Shown here: in pieces, positions 49,717-61,800 of the stretch
Numbering within the stretch: position 1 is the stretch's first letter
How the letters are laid out: every line of letters begins with the position of its first letter
From: an uncultured Verrucomicrobiae bacterium
Lineage (GTDB): Bacteria; Verrucomicrobiota; Verrucomicrobiia; Chthoniobacterales; JAFAMB01
Length of the DNA: 64,000 nucleotides
Direction of reading: 5' to 3'
Assembly: GCA_963762565.1 (NCBI GenBank)
Contig: CAVXLD010000005.1
Span: 416,001-480,000 of the forward strand
Program-made: the position numbers and the translations under genes
The notes under the pieces: model-generated
Told to the model about the DNA's origin: nothing
Seen by the model: the letters and a program-made list of their open reading frames with translations, nothing else
Database searches by the model: none

Positions 49717-50532
49717 ATGATCGCATTACTTCGCAAGTGCTTTGCCTTTATCCGGCGAGACTTCCAAATCGAATCCGGTTACAAGGTTAGTTTTGTTACG
49801 GGCGCCTTGGATTCGATGATGATCCTCGTCTTCTTCTATTTTCTGAGTAGACTGGTGACAACCCAAGGCGCGCAGTACGCAGCTCGCTACGGTAGCAACT
49901 ACCTATCCTTTGCCGTCATCGGCATTGCTTTGGCTCGATATTTTCAACTGACGCTACGCATGTTCTCGGATTCTATCCGGACGGCTCAAATGAGTGGCTG
50001 TTTGGAAGCGATGCTTAGCAGTCAGACAAACTCGCTGACCATTGTGCTGCTGTCATCACTCTATGGCTTAGTATCGGGAGCCGTGCAGCCGCTACTAATA
50101 TTCGTGGCCGCGGCGGTGTTTATGGGAGTCGATTTCAGTCACGCGAATGTTCTATCGACAGTTTTGATTCTCGGGTTTTCAATTGTAATCTTCGTGGCGT
50201 TCGGGGTGTTATCGGCGGCAACTATTCTGTGGCTTAAAAAAGGTGATCCGCTTGCTTGGGTCCTAGGTGTGATGGGGACTGTGCTGAGTGGCGCCTACTT
50301 TCCGGTCGACCTGCTGCCGGTGTGGCTTCAGAAGGTCTCTTTTCTGATCCCTATCACCTATTCCCTTGATGCATTGAGATTGACTATCTTGAAAGGCTAC
50401 TCAGTGGCGATGATTTCTGGGCAAACACTGATTTTGGGATTGATGGCTGCGGTCCTGTTGCCTCTCAGTTTAGGCATTTTCGCTGCGATGGTCCGAAAGG
50501 GCCGTATCGAAGGCACGCTGGCTCAGTACTGA
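49717..50532 (+). CDS. ABC-2 type exporter permease
   Basis: Six TM helices; LSGAYFPV..LP.WLQ..S.L.P.TY. Confidence 0.9.
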   Translation: MIALLRKCFAFIRRDFQIESGYKVSFVTGALDSMMILVFFYFLSRLVTTQGAQYAARYGSNYLSFAVIGIALARYFQLTLRMFSDSIRTAQMSGCLEAMLSSQTNSLTIVLLSSLYGLVSGAVQPLLIFVAAAVFMGVDFSHANVLSTVLILGFSIVIFVAFGVLSAATILWLKKGDPLAWVLGVMGTVLSGAYFPVDLLPVWLQKVSFLIPITYSLDALRLTILKGYSVAMISGQTLILGLMAAVLLPLSLGIFAAMVRKGRIEGTLAQY

Positions 50533-50550
50533 AGTCGACTGGTTTTCCGA

Positions 50551-53500
50551 ATGATCGATATTGATCTAACGAATTCGACGTCTTCAAATCGGCTTGAAGT
50601 AGACACTCTCAAGGCTTGGCTAACCAAAGAACTTGCCCAGGCGCTTGAGATCAGCAAAACCGCGATTGCTACAAACCAGCCTTTTAGCAGGCTAGGGCTC
50701 GATTCGGTTAATGCTGTCAGAGTGATTGGTCGCTTAGGTCAATTTCTCGGTCGGAAAATCCCAGTCACTTCGATTTGGAGTTACCCGACGATCGACAAGC
50801 TGTGCAACCATCTAGGCGGCAATTCGGAGTTAGATAGGGAAAAGTCCCCTCAAGGCTCCTTCTTAAGGCCCGGCTGTGAGCAGCCGATTGCCGTGATTGG
50901 CATTTCTTGCCGGTTTCCGGGAGCGCCAGATCCGGCTTCTTTCTGGCAAATGCTCGCCTCCGGACGTTCTGCCATCCGAGAGATCACTCCCGACCGCAGG
51001 GGTCTCAAGACGGGGGATGATGCAGATCGAAATAAGTTTGGCCCAACAAACACGCCTGCCGCCGGCCTTTTAGAGAGCATCGACAAGTTTGATCCAGGCT
51101 TTTTCGGAATTTCGCCGCGGGAGGCGATCCAAATGGATCCGCAGCAGCGGTTGGCTCTGGAGTTGGCTTGGGAAGCTTTGGAGTGTGCCGGGATCAGGCC
51201 GGGCACGCTGCGTGGCAGCCGTACCGGCTTATTTGTTGGTGTGGCCTGGCATGACTATCAAACGCTGGCTCGGAGGATCGGTGCTGAGATCACTCTGCAT
51301 AGCGGTACTGGTCAGGCATTCAGCATAGTTGCCAATCGCGTTTCTTACGCGTTGGGATTGCAGGGGCCGAGTATTGCTCTTGATACGGCCTGTTCCTCGT
51401 CCCTGGTCAGCGTGCACCTTGCATGTCAAAGCCTGTACTTCGGTGACGCCAACCTGGCCATTGCAGGCGGGGTAAATCTGATCATTGATCCTGAGACGAC
51501 GGTCGCTCTCTCTGCGTTTGGCGGACTTTCTCCTAGCAACCTGCTGTGTGCATTCGATGCGCGTGCCAATGGTTTTGTACGCGGTGAAGGCGGCGGATTT
51601 GTAGTGCTAAAGCCACTGAACCGAGCCATAGCCGATGGAGATCCCGTCTACGCAGTCATTCGTGGAACGGCGGTCAATAATGATGGAGCTAGTAACGGTC
51701 TAACGGCGCCGAATCCCCTGGCTCAGGAAACAGTAGTCCGCGAAGCCTATCTGCGTGCCGGTATCAGAACTGCAGATGTGGATTACGTTGAGGCTCACGG
51801 GACAGGAACTCAACTAGGTGATCCGATCGAAGCCCAAGCTCTGGGAAGCGTATTTGCTAGCGAGCGGCCTGGTGCGCGGCCTCTGCTGCTTGGCTCGGTA
51901 AAGACAAATATCGGCCATCTCGAAAGCGCAGCCGGTATTGCCGGTCTCATCAAGCTGATACTTTCGCTCAAGCATCGCCAAGTTCCTCCTAGCCTTAATT
52001 TTCAGACCCCTAATCCTCACATTGATTTCACCGGCTCTAATCTGCGGGTAGTCACGGAACTCGAACCTTGGCCAGATTCGTCGACTCCGGCCATTGGAGG
52101 CGTCAGCTCATTCGGATGGGGAGGCACAAATTGCCATATCGTCGTTGAAGAAGCAGTTCGAAGCCATGCGTACCTATTGCCCTTGAGTGCGCCTGATGTC
52201 AGGTCCTTAAAGGCGACCGCGGAGACGCTTAAAGCCTACCTAAGGGCGAATGCTCGTTTTCTTTCGCTTGGTGATGTGTGCGCCACCGCTGCTGCGAGAC
52301 TCTCGACGCGACCGCACAGAGTGGCCTTGACGGCCACCTCTTTAAGTGACCTTGACCATCAGTTAGAAGGATTCCTGTGCGACCAGAAGCGTCCAGGGGT
52401 GGCGGCCGGTTGCGGGGCTACATCAGGACGAAAGCTGGCGTTTACCTTTTCTCCGCAGGGTTCGCAATGGCTGGGTATGGGGCGAAGCCTTTTAACGGCT
52501 GAACCTGTCTTCAGGGCAAAACTGGCTGAATGTGATCAATCACTAACTGCACTTGCTGGATGGTCGCTCTTTGACTTGCTGTTAGGTGCATCGGAAGAAT
52601 CACGGTTCAGTCAGGTCGAATTTATCCAACCTGCGCTCTCTGCCATTCAACTTGCGTTGGCCGAATTGTGGATCTCTTGGGGCGTACGACCCGATTTTGT
52701 GGGGGCACATAGTCTTGGCGAGTGGGCGGCTGCCGGCGTCGCCGGCGCTTTGACCATCGATGAAGTCATGCGGGTCGCCGTTGAGTCCAGTCGCTCTCAA
52801 TCCGTGGTGGGGTCGGGCGGTGGAATGGCCATCGTTGAACTCACTTGCGAGGAAGTCGCTGAGCGTATCCAAGAATGGTCGGGAGAGATTTTCATTGCTG
52901 GTCAGAACAGCCCGACTTCGATCTTGCTTTCCGGGAATGCTAGTCGGCTCAAATCTTTGGTCACTATCTGGAAAGATGAAGGACTGACCTGCTCGATTAT
53001 CGACGTAAACACCGCCGCGCACAGTCCCTGTATGGATTCGGCGGCGGATCGTTTGCAGGGCTTATTAGGCGGTTTGCATCCGACACGTTCCGTGATCCCG
53101 CTGGTGTCTTCGGTAACCGGGGGCCGTATGGCGGGCCAGGAGTTAGGGCCGAAGTATTGGGCACGCCATCTGCGCCAGCCAGTGCTCTTTAGGCGGGCTA
53201 TCGAGCAGCTGGCGGACGATGGGTGTACCGTCTTTCTGGAGATCAGCCCTCATCCGGTGTTGATTGGCAGCATCAAGCAAGTACTAGCCGCTCGCGGGAT
53301 CGATGGTGTGGCGCTCGGCTCTTGCCGGCGAGCGGACGATGAACGCCAGTCACTCTTGTGCTCTTTGGGGGCCTTGTATGTCCTGGGACAGCCAATCGAG
53401 TGGCGTGCTGTCTTGCACGGTGGAAGGGAGGATCTGGACTTTCCAATTCCCAATGCTTCCCCGGGGATCGTAACCCGCAACACAGCGAAAGAAGTTAACG

Positions 53501-56500
53501 ATACCGCACAATGCAGGCCTTCCGTTCCGACCACTTCTTATTCGTCAATGTCGCTGCTCCCGCTGTCCGGCCATACGAATTCCGCGCTCCGGGACCGGGC
53601 GCAATCAATTGCCCAGTATCTTCGAACCCAACCGGAAACCAGCCTGGACGACGTGTTACATACCTTGGGGGTCGGCCGGGAGCATCTGGAACATCGTTTC
53701 GGGGTCGTGGGAGCAGGGCGAGAACAATTGATCTCGAAGCTCGAGGCATTTGCTGGAGGTAAGTCAGCTCCCGATCTCGACTTTGTAATCGGCAGAGCTC
53801 GTTCCGGCGCTGTGCCGCGGGTAGCTTTTGTTTGCTCGGGCCAGGGGCCCCAATGGCAGGGCATGGGACGCGAGCTCATGCGTTCTGTGCCGGTCTTTCG
53901 CACAGAAATTCTTTGGTGTGCCGAGGCGATGAAACCCCACGCTTCGTGGGACTTACTTGAGGAGTTGGAGCGCGATGAATCGAATTCACGGATGCGCGAA
54001 ACAGAGATTGCGCAGCCCGCTCTGTTCGCCGTTCAAGTTGCACTCGCGGCCACCTGGCGTTCGTGGGGTATTGTCCCACATGCTCTAATCGGCCATAGCG
54101 CCGGAGAGATCGCAGCCGCCTATCTTAGCGGTGCGCTTTCCCTCGAGGACGCGGTGATGGTCATTTGCAGGCGCGCACACATTATGCAGCGCGCGGCCGG
54201 TTTCGGCAAAATGGCTGCTCTTGAGATGACTGAATCCGACGCGGAGGAGCTGCTTGGCCTACATCCCGATCGAATATCCATTGCCGCGGTGAACAGCCCG
54301 ACCTCGGTTGTTTTTTCGGGCGACGCATCTGCCATCGATTCAATTGTAGAGGCTGCTGCGGACCAGGGCGTCCGTGCCAAGTTTCTGCCGGTCGACTATG
54401 CGTTTCATAGTATCCAAATCGAACCATTCCGAATGGAAATGGTCGAATCGGTTTCGGAACTCAAACCTCACACTCCATCGATTCCGATTTATTCGACGGT
54501 GACAGGAGCACAGGCGGCATCCAACGACTTCGGAATGGAGTACTGGGGTCGTAACATCCGACAAACTGTCCGATTCGCTGCCGCAACGCGGGCAATGCTT
54601 GATGCGGGAATCGATACCTTTGTGGAGTTGAGCCCCCATCCGGTCTTGTCGGCGATGATCGGCCAGTGTGCGGAAGCGATTCCGAAAAGAGCTCAACCAC
54701 TGCCTTCTTTGCGACATGGGGCTTCCGAGCAGCTCCAGATGTTCCGCTCCCTGGCTGCTCTCTTCGTGGCTGGAGCTGAAGTTGATTGGAAAGAAGTCTG
54801 CGTAAAAGCCGGCCGGATGGTCTTGTTACCGCCATATCCCTGGCAGAGAAAACGGCGTTTTTGGTTTGAGGTCCGAGCCGACGCTCTTAACGGTTCGCCG
54901 GCGAAAATGCTTACCGACCGGCCGAATACCCATCCACTTCTCGGCGGCCGGCTCTGTTCGCCCGTTCTTAAGGACACCGTTTTTCAGTCCGAATTGAGCG
55001 CCCGCGTTCCGGCATTCCTAGAAGACCATCAGATTTGCGGGCAGGTCGTTCTTCCGGCAGCTGCTTATGTGGAAATCGCAATCGCGGGTGCCCATCAGGT
55101 TTTCGGCGAGGGTATGCACTGCGTTGAAGATCTATCGTTAGACCAAGCGCTTCAATTGGATGTCGCCAGGCAAACCACCGTTCAGATGATCCTTCAAAGC
55201 CCGGAAGAGGGTTCAGCTGCATTCGAGGTCTTTAGCGCGCCTGACCAAGGACAGGCCCCGGACACTGTTTGGACTCAGCACGTCAAAGGGCGAGTGGCCA
55301 GAGTCACCGATGGGCAGGTTCCGGAGGCCGGGTCCGCCGTTCTGGGCGCGCTCCGTAATCGTTGCACTGAATCGGTGGACATCGCGGTGATGTACCGGTT
55401 GTTGAGCGAACAAGGCTCGAGATTTGGTCCGGCTTTCCAAAACATTCGCGCTTTGTGGCGTAGTGCAGGAGAAACCGTGGCGGAAATCGTTCTCGCAGAC
55501 GCGTTGCTTTCGCGGAGCGCTGATTATCGACTCCATCCGGCGCTCCTGGATGCCTGTTTCCAGGCGGCGATTCACGCCCTACCCGAAGGAGCGCGAAGTG
55601 CAGCCCAAGATGAAGTCTTGCTGCCGGTGAACATCGAAAGAGTTCAAATGTTTCGGGATGCTCCGGCGACTGTCTGGTGCCATAGCCGCGTGGATACGAG
55701 GTCCGACAGTGAAGGACACCTGTTCACTTTGCATCTGCAACTTTATGACGTAGACGGCGCCGTTTTGGGCGCGGTCACCGGGCTGCAATTGAAGCGAGTG
55801 AAACGCAGGATGCTCGATCGCTCCTTATCGGTTCCAGAAAAGGAGTGGCTGTTTGAAATGGTTTGGCGCGAAACGCTACGAGTGCAAACTCTCGTGAAAG
55901 GACATTCTGCGCAGTTCAGCCACCCCGGCAGCTGGTTAATCCTGGCCGACGAGCGAGGAACAGGCGAATCCGTTCGAGATCGGCTCGCGTCCGTCGGGCA
56001 GAGGTGTGTTCTGGCATATGCCGGCGCGGATTTTACCCGCCTGACCGACAATCAATTAACGCTTGATCCGGGAAGCCGCTTGGATTTCCAGCGTTTGCTT
56101 CAGGAAATTGTAGCGACTGGTGAGGAGCCACTCAAAGGGGTGCTCCACTTGTGGAGCCTGGATCTTCCGGATTTCGATTCGATGACAAAGGAGGAGCTAA
56201 CCCGCTCGCAACTTCTGGCTAGCGGCGCTGCTCTTCATCTGGTCCAGGCGATCACGTCGTCAAACGCAAAATCGCCGCCACGCTTTTGGCTGATAACCCG
56301 GGGCGCACAGGCCGTACCAGAAACATCACCAGCAATCCACCCAGCGATGGCCCCGTTATGGGGCCTTGGGCAAGTGATTGCCTCCGAACATCCCGAATTG
56401 CGTTGCCGGCGGATCGATTTGGATCCACAGCGCTCTGGCGATTACGGTGATGTTCTGTTCGCAGAGTTGACTCGCGACGAATCCAATGAGGATGCAATTG

Positions 56501-58809
56501 TATTCCGCAATCAATCATGTCTGGTGCCGCGATTGGTTCCTATACTAGCAAAGACGACAACTGGATCGTCTTCTCATCCCATCTCGCAGGCGGTCCAGTT
56601 GGCAGCCAAGCCGACCGGCATTCTCGAGAATTTGCATTGGGCCCCCTTAGAGCGAGTGGCTCCAGGTGCAGGTGAGGTGGAGATTCAGGTGCAGGCGACC
56701 GGACTGAATTTCAGAGACGTTCTTTATACCCTTGGGATGTATCCCGGCGAAATTGATGCGCTTGGCGGCGAGTGCGCCGGAATCATTACGCGAATCGGAG
56801 ATGGTATCAATGGGCTCGAATTGGGCGATCAAATCATGGCAGTCGCACCTGGCGGTTTCAGTACCTACTTGACGCTCCGGCGCGATTACGTTGCCCGCGT
56901 GCCTGATGGCATGTCCATCGCCGAAGGGGCGTCAATTCCTGTTGCATTCCTAACTGCATTCTACGCACTGCACCGCTTAGCTCGTATGAAAGCAGGGGAT
57001 CGTGTGCTCATCCATGCCGCAGCCGGCGGTGTGGGGCTTGCCGCTGTTCAACTCGCTCGACGGGCCGTCGCCGAAATTTTTGTCACAGCCGGAAACGAGG
57101 AGAAACGATCTTATTTGAGAGGCCTTGGCGTAGAACACGTCTTCGATTCGCGCTCTACCGATTTCGCGGCTGAGATTCTGGGCCAGACCGAAGGGCACGG
57201 CGTAGATATCGTACTGAATTCTCTGGCCGGAGAATTTATCGGGAAGAGCGTGTCGGTTCTCGCAGCGGGCGGCCGTTTCCTCGAGCTAGGGAAGCGCGGA
57301 ATTCTGAGCCGGCAGCAGTTTGCTGCGTTGCGTCCCGATTGCGAATATCGCCCTTTTGATTTGGGAGAGGAAGCGCTCGCAGATGCGTCGTTGTTGCCAG
57401 GAATGTTCGCAGAGCTCTCCGCGGCATTGGCCAGCGGAGGTTTGCGTACGCTACCACTTACTCTCTTTAAGAGCGACCGGGTTGTTGAGGCTTTTCGCTT
57501 CATGGCGCAGGCGAAGCATATCGGAAAAATCGTGGTCACGAAATGCGATCCTGAGACAGAAGCCCGAACTTTATTGCGGACGGTTCGTTTCCGCGATGAC
57601 GCTACTTATTTGATCACCGGTGGTTTAGGTGGGCTGGGTTTGGAAACGGCGCGCTGGATGACCTGCGAAGGAGCTCGCAATTTAGTACTGGTTGGACGAC
57701 ACGCACCTGATACTGCGACCTCAACTTTCCTACAGGAACTGAGGCATGAAGGTGTCCGTATCGCAGTCGAAAAATGCGACGTTTCAGAGGCAGCCGAAGT
57801 CGCCGCAATGTTGCAGCGCACCTCTGAATCCCTGCCGCCGCTCCGCGGAATCATACACGCTGCCGGTGTACTGGACGATGGCATCATTGAGCAACAAACC
57901 TGGCTCCGGTTCGAAAATGTTCTGGCAGCTAAGGTCCATGGCGCTTGGAATCTTCACCGGCAGACTTTGTCAGTCGACTTGGATTTCTTTGTCTTTTTCT
58001 CTGCGGCCGCCACACTCATCGGTTCACCGGGGCAAGCGAGTTACGCGGCTGCTAACGCATTCATGGACGCGCTCGCCCATCATCGAAAGTCCAGGGGATT
58101 GTCAGCAGTGAGCATAAACTGGGGCGCCTGGGCGGAAACCGGTATGGCTGCTCGTCTGGCGGCAAAAGACGCGCAACGCTGGGCCGATCGTGGTTTTCGT
58201 CCGATCGGCTTGTCCGAGGGCATGGCAAAACTGGGAGAGATGCTCGCTTCTTCACGTGCCCAGACCGCGGCTTTGCCCGTTGACTGGTCTAAATTGTTCG
58301 CTGGGTTTTCCGGGAGTGCTCCGTCGCTTTTCGAGGAGCTGATTAACGGTTCGGTTAACGAAGTGCCTGTCCGCGGAGAAGCTGGGCCAGCAGAAAACGA
58401 CTTATCGGACCGCTTGGCTGCCGAACCTGGTCGACGGCTAGCAATATTGGAAGCGCACGTCCAGTCCGCAGCTTTGCGCGTTCTCGGCGCAACCGGCTAC
58501 AGTTTGTTAGATCCACGACGACCATTGCACGAGGTCGGTCTTGACTCGCTCATGTCCATCGAATTGCGAAACTCATTGGCGAATTCGCTGAGGCGCGCTC
58601 TACCGGCTACGTTGTTGTTCGACTATCCAACCTTGGAATCCCTCGTTCGTTATCTCGCGAAGGACATTCTGATGCTCGAACTCCCCGAGTCGGTCTCACC
58701 GGAAGGTCGAGTCGAGCCGAGTATTCAAGAAATGGAAGAGCTTGAGAAAATGTCCGAAAGCGAAGCTGAACTGCTCCTGCTGGCAGAATTGGATCAAGCA
58801 AAGAATTAG
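50551..58809 (+). CDS. Type I PKS, loading plus module 1: ACP-KS-AT-AT-DH-ER-KR-ACP
   Basis: N-terminal GLDSV ACP; DTACSSS; AT AHSLG and GHSAG; DH HQICGQVVLP; ER HAAAGGVG; KR VLDD; ACP GLDSL. Confidence 0.95.
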   Translation: MIDIDLTNSTSSNRLEVDTLKAWLTKELAQALEISKTAIATNQPFSRLGLDSVNAVRVIGRLGQFLGRKIPVTSIWSYPTIDKLCNHLGGNSELDREKSPQGSFLRPGCEQPIAVIGISCRFPGAPDPASFWQMLASGRSAIREITPDRRGLKTGDDADRNKFGPTNTPAAGLLESIDKFDPGFFGISPREAIQMDPQQRLALELAWEALECAGIRPGTLRGSRTGLFVGVAWHDYQTLARRIGAEITLHSGTGQAFSIVANRVSYALGLQGPSIALDTACSSSLVSVHLACQSLYFGDANLAIAGGVNLIIDPETTVALSAFGGLSPSNLLCAFDARANGFVRGEGGGFVVLKPLNRAIADGDPVYAVIRGTAVNNDGASNGLTAPNPLAQETVVREAYLRAGIRTADVDYVEAHGTGTQLGDPIEAQALGSVFASERPGARPLLLGSVKTNIGHLESAAGIAGLIKLILSLKHRQVPPSLNFQTPNPHIDFTGSNLRVVTELEPWPDSSTPAIGGVSSFGWGGTNCHIVVEEAVRSHAYLLPLSAPDVRSLKATAETLKAYLRANARFLSLGDVCATAAARLSTRPHRVALTATSLSDLDHQLEGFLCDQKRPGVAAGCGATSGRKLAFTFSPQGSQWLGMGRSLLTAEPVFRAKLAECDQSLTALAGWSLFDLLLGASEESRFSQVEFIQPALSAIQLALAELWISWGVRPDFVGAHSLGEWAAAGVAGALTIDEVMRVAVESSRSQSVVGSGGGMAIVELTCEEVAERIQEWSGEIFIAGQNSPTSILLSGNASRLKSLVTIWKDEGLTCSIIDVNTAAHSPCMDSAADRLQGLLGGLHPTRSVIPLVSSVTGGRMAGQELGPKYWARHLRQPVLFRRAIEQLADDGCTVFLEISPHPVLIGSIKQVLAARGIDGVALGSCRRADDERQSLLCSLGALYVLGQPIEWRAVLHGGREDLDFPIPNASPGIVTRNTAKEVNDTAQCRPSVPTTSYSSMSLLPLSGHTNSALRDRAQSIAQYLRTQPETSLDDVLHTLGVGREHLEHRFGVVGAGREQLISKLEAFAGGKSAPDLDFVIGRARSGAVPRVAFVCSGQGPQWQGMGRELMRSVPVFRTEILWCAEAMKPHASWDLLEELERDESNSRMRETEIAQPALFAVQVALAATWRSWGIVPHALIGHSAGEIAAAYLSGALSLEDAVMVICRRAHIMQRAAGFGKMAALEMTESDAEELLGLHPDRISIAAVNSPTSVVFSGDASAIDSIVEAAADQGVRAKFLPVDYAFHSIQIEPFRMEMVESVSELKPHTPSIPIYSTVTGAQAASNDFGMEYWGRNIRQTVRFAAATRAMLDAGIDTFVELSPHPVLSAMIGQCAEAIPKRAQPLPSLRHGASEQLQMFRSLAALFVAGAEVDWKEVCVKAGRMVLLPPYPWQRKRRFWFEVRADALNGSPAKMLTDRPNTHPLLGGRLCSPVLKDTVFQSELSARVPAFLEDHQICGQVVLPAAAYVEIAIAGAHQVFGEGMHCVEDLSLDQALQLDVARQTTVQMILQSPEEGSAAFEVFSAPDQGQAPDTVWTQHVKGRVARVTDGQVPEAGSAVLGALRNRCTESVDIAVMYRLLSEQGSRFGPAFQNIRALWRSAGETVAEIVLADALLSRSADYRLHPALLDACFQAAIHALPEGARSAAQDEVLLPVNIERVQMFRDAPATVWCHSRVDTRSDSEGHLFTLHLQLYDVDGAVLGAVTGLQLKRVKRRMLDRSLSVPEKEWLFEMVWRETLRVQTLVKGHSAQFSHPGSWLILADERGTGESVRDRLASVGQRCVLAYAGADFTRLTDNQLTLDPGSRLDFQRLLQEIVATGEEPLKGVLHLWSLDLPDFDSMTKEELTRSQLLASGAALHLVQAITSSNAKSPPRFWLITRGAQAVPETSPAIHPAMAPLWGLGQVIASEHPELRCRRIDLDPQRSGDYGDVLFAELTRDESNEDAIVFRNQSCLVPRLVPILAKTTTGSSSHPISQAVQLAAKPTGILENLHWAPLERVAPGAGEVEIQVQATGLNFRDVLYTLGMYPGEIDALGGECAGIITRIGDGINGLELGDQIMAVAPGGFSTYLTLRRDYVARVPDGMSIAEGASIPVAFLTAFYALHRLARMKAGDRVLIHAAAGGVGLAAVQLARRAVAEIFVTAGNEEKRSYLRGLGVEHVFDSRSTDFAAEILGQTEGHGVDIVLNSLAGEFIGKSVSVLAAGGRFLELGKRGILSRQQFAALRPDCEYRPFDLGEEALADASLLPGMFAELSAALASGGLRTLPLTLFKSDRVVEAFRFMAQAKHIGKIVVTKCDPETEARTLLRTVRFRDDATYLITGGLGGLGLETARWMTCEGARNLVLVGRHAPDTATSTFLQELRHEGVRIAVEKCDVSEAAEVAAMLQRTSESLPPLRGIIHAAGVLDDGIIEQQTWLRFENVLAAKVHGAWNLHRQTLSVDLDFFVFFSAAATLIGSPGQASYAAANAFMDALAHHRKSRGLSAVSINWGAWAETGMAARLAAKDAQRWADRGFRPIGLSEGMAKLGEMLASSRAQTAALPVDWSKLFAGFSGSAPSLFEELINGSVNEVPVRGEAGPAENDLSDRLAAEPGRRLAILEAHVQSAALRVLGATGYSLLDPRRPLHEVGLDSLMSIELRNSLANSLRRALPATLLFDYPTLESLVRYLAKDILMLELPESVSPEGRVEPSIQEMEELEKMSESEAELLLLAELDQAKN

Positions 58810-58813
58810 CAAG

Positions 58814-61800
58814 ATGAGTCAGAGTCAGGCATCAAGGGAGCAACTCTCTCCCTTAAAACGTGCAATTTTAGAGCTGCGCGAGCTGCGGGCTAAATTGGAG
58901 GGGGCGGACCGCAGTCAGCGAGAACCGATTGCCATCATTGGAATGGGTTTCCGGTTACCCGGAGGAGCGCATGAAGAATCCTCCCTCTGGCGCATATTGT
59001 CGGACGGAATCGATGTTATCACGGAAATTCCCGGCGACCGGTGGGACCTGGAAGCGTATTACGATCCTGATCCGGACATGCCAGGGAAGATGAATTGCCG
59101 CCACGGCGCATTTCTGAGTGGGGTGGATCGATTCGACGCGGAGTTCTTTGGCATATCGCCACGCGAAGCCGCCAGCATGGATCCCCAGCATCGGCTGCTG
59201 CTGGAGACTTCCTGGCAAGCACTCGAGAATGCAGCCATTGCGCCGGCGAGCCTCCGCGACACAAAAATGGGTGCCTTCGTGGGAGTGAGCACTAACGATT
59301 ACGGGCGCATGGTTTATGATGACGAAGAGGGGATCGACGCCTACTCTACGGTGGGAAACTCCTACAGCGCGGCGGCTGGTCGACTCTCGTATTTTTTTGG
59401 CGTTCACGGTCCATCCATGGCTATTGATACCGCGTGTTCCTCCTCGCTGGTAGCCGTGCATCAGGCGTGTCGGAGTTTGCGCCAAGGCGAATGCAATCTC
59501 GCGCTCGCAGCCGGGGTAAACGTGATTCTCACGCCTCAAGCCAACATTAATTTCTGCAAGTCGCGGATGCTCGCTTCCGACGGGCGTTGTAAAACTTTCG
59601 ACGCCAGCGCTGACGGGTACGTCCGGGGTGAGGGATGCGCAGTTCTGGTTCTCAAACCCCTATCGTCAGCACTGGCGAGTGGCGACCGAATTCTCGCCGT
59701 GATTCGTGGCTCGGCAGTCAATCAGGACGGCCGCAGCGGCGGGCTGACCGCGCCGAATGGTCCTGCCCAGGAAGCGGTGATAAGAGAGGCGCTTGTTGCC
59801 GCTGACGTTGTCCCTCATGAGGTCAGCTACCTGGAAGCACACGGAACCGGAACTTCCCTGGGCGATCCCATTGAAGTGCGTGCAGCATGTGCCGTGCTGT
59901 GCAAAGACCGATCGCCTGACCAACCGCTTGCAATCGGTTCCATAAAAACAAACATTGGCCATCTGGAAGCGGCAGCGGGAATTGCCGGTTTACTGAAAGT
60001 CATTCTCGCATTTCAGCACAAACTGATTCCAGCAAATCTACACTTAAAGAAAAAGAATCCATATATCGACTGGGACCGCTGGCCGATCGTTATTCCGACC
60101 GCTTTGACGCCTTGGAATCCGGCGAACGGACGACGAATTGCCGGTGTAAGCTCGTTTGGCTTTAGCGGCACTAACGCGCACGTCATTGTTTCAGAACCTC
60201 CCCCAGCTGAAATTAGTTCTGAGCTCCCGGGTCAGAATGCTGTTCAGCTCTCCGCAACACCGGTACAGTTGTTGCCCTTAAGTGCTCGTAACGAATCGGC
60301 GCTTCTGGAGCTGGCTGGAAGATATCAACAATTGTTCAGTAAGAATCCGAATCTCCAGCTCGCGGATGTCTGTCACACAGCTGGTATTGGCCGCTCGCAT
60401 TTTGAATATCGGCTTGCTATGGTCGCGGCGGATTTGCCGGAAGCAGAAGAACGGCTGGCGGCTTTCTTGTCTGACCGAAAGGATCGCGGTTTCAGTGGAC
60501 GCCGGATAAAATCAGTGACGCCGGGTGTCGTATTCATGTTTAGCGGTCAGGGATCTCAATACCCAGGCATGGCCCGCGAATTGTTTGAGACTCAACCTGT
60601 CTTTCGGCGGGAGCTGGAAAAATGCGCGGAGATTTTAAAGCCACTGTTCCCAGTTCCCTTGCTCGAGTTGTTCTTCGCTGATGACAGCCAGTCCAGGGAC
60701 GAAAACAAGGAAAATCTTCTGAGCCAAACCCAGTACACTCAGCCTGTGTTGTTCGCACTCGAGTATGCATTAGCGACGATGTGGCGGTCGTGGGGCGTGG
60801 AACCCGTCACCGTGCTGGGCCACAGCGTTGGCGAGTATGTGGCTGCTTGTGTTGCCGGCGTGTTTAGCCTCGAAGATGGACTTCAACTTATCGCAGAACG
60901 TGGCCGGCTCATAGGCGCTCTTCCAGCGGGCGGCATGATGGCGGCTGTTTCGGCCGATGAATCGCGCGTAGCGAAAGCTATACAGGCTCGTGGTAGCCGG
61001 GTTGCTGTCGCCTGTATAAATGGTCCCGCAAACGTTGTTGTCTCCGGCGAATCTGAGGAGATTGAGAGCCTTTTATCTGCTTTGAAAGATGAAGGCGTAC
61101 ATTCTCGCTCGCTGGTCGTCTCCCATGCTTTTCATTCCGAGTTGATGGACCCGATTCTTGACTCGTTCGTCCGAGCGGCGGCAAAGGTCCGGTATTCTGA
61201 GCCGTTGATTCCCATTGTCTCAAACGTAACCGGGAGATTGGTTACTCCCGGGCTAATGTCCAACCCGGAATATTGGCGGGGTCACATTCGCAAGCCGGTC
61301 CAATTCGCGGGCTCCATTCGCTTTCTCCGCGAAACCGGACAGTCAGTTTTTCTCGAGATCGGTCCCCAACCAGTTTTGTCTGTGATGGCTCGCGCGACGG
61401 CGCCGGAAACCGATGTGGTTTGGGCTATGAGCCTGAATCGCAGCCAAAAGAACTGGGAAAGTCTGCTCGAAGCGGCTTCTACCTTATATGTACATGGAAT
61501 AGATCTCGATTGGCGCTGCCTGCCGACGACCCGGAAAGGCAAACCCATCTCTTTACCTACCTATCCTTTTCAGCGCAGTCGCTTTTGGCTCGAGAATAGG
61601 AAGCCGCATGACGATACCGTAGCTCCTGTTGCCGGATCAGACGCCGAAAGTTGGTTCTACTGCTTGGAGTGGCGTGCGCAGCGACCACTGGCGATGGCAG
61701 CAGGTCGCGGCGGAATTGGTCGCGCGGATTTTACCTCCGCCGTGATGGGCGAAGATAAGTCAAAGAAAATATCTCACGGCTTCTGGATTGTGCTTGGGGA

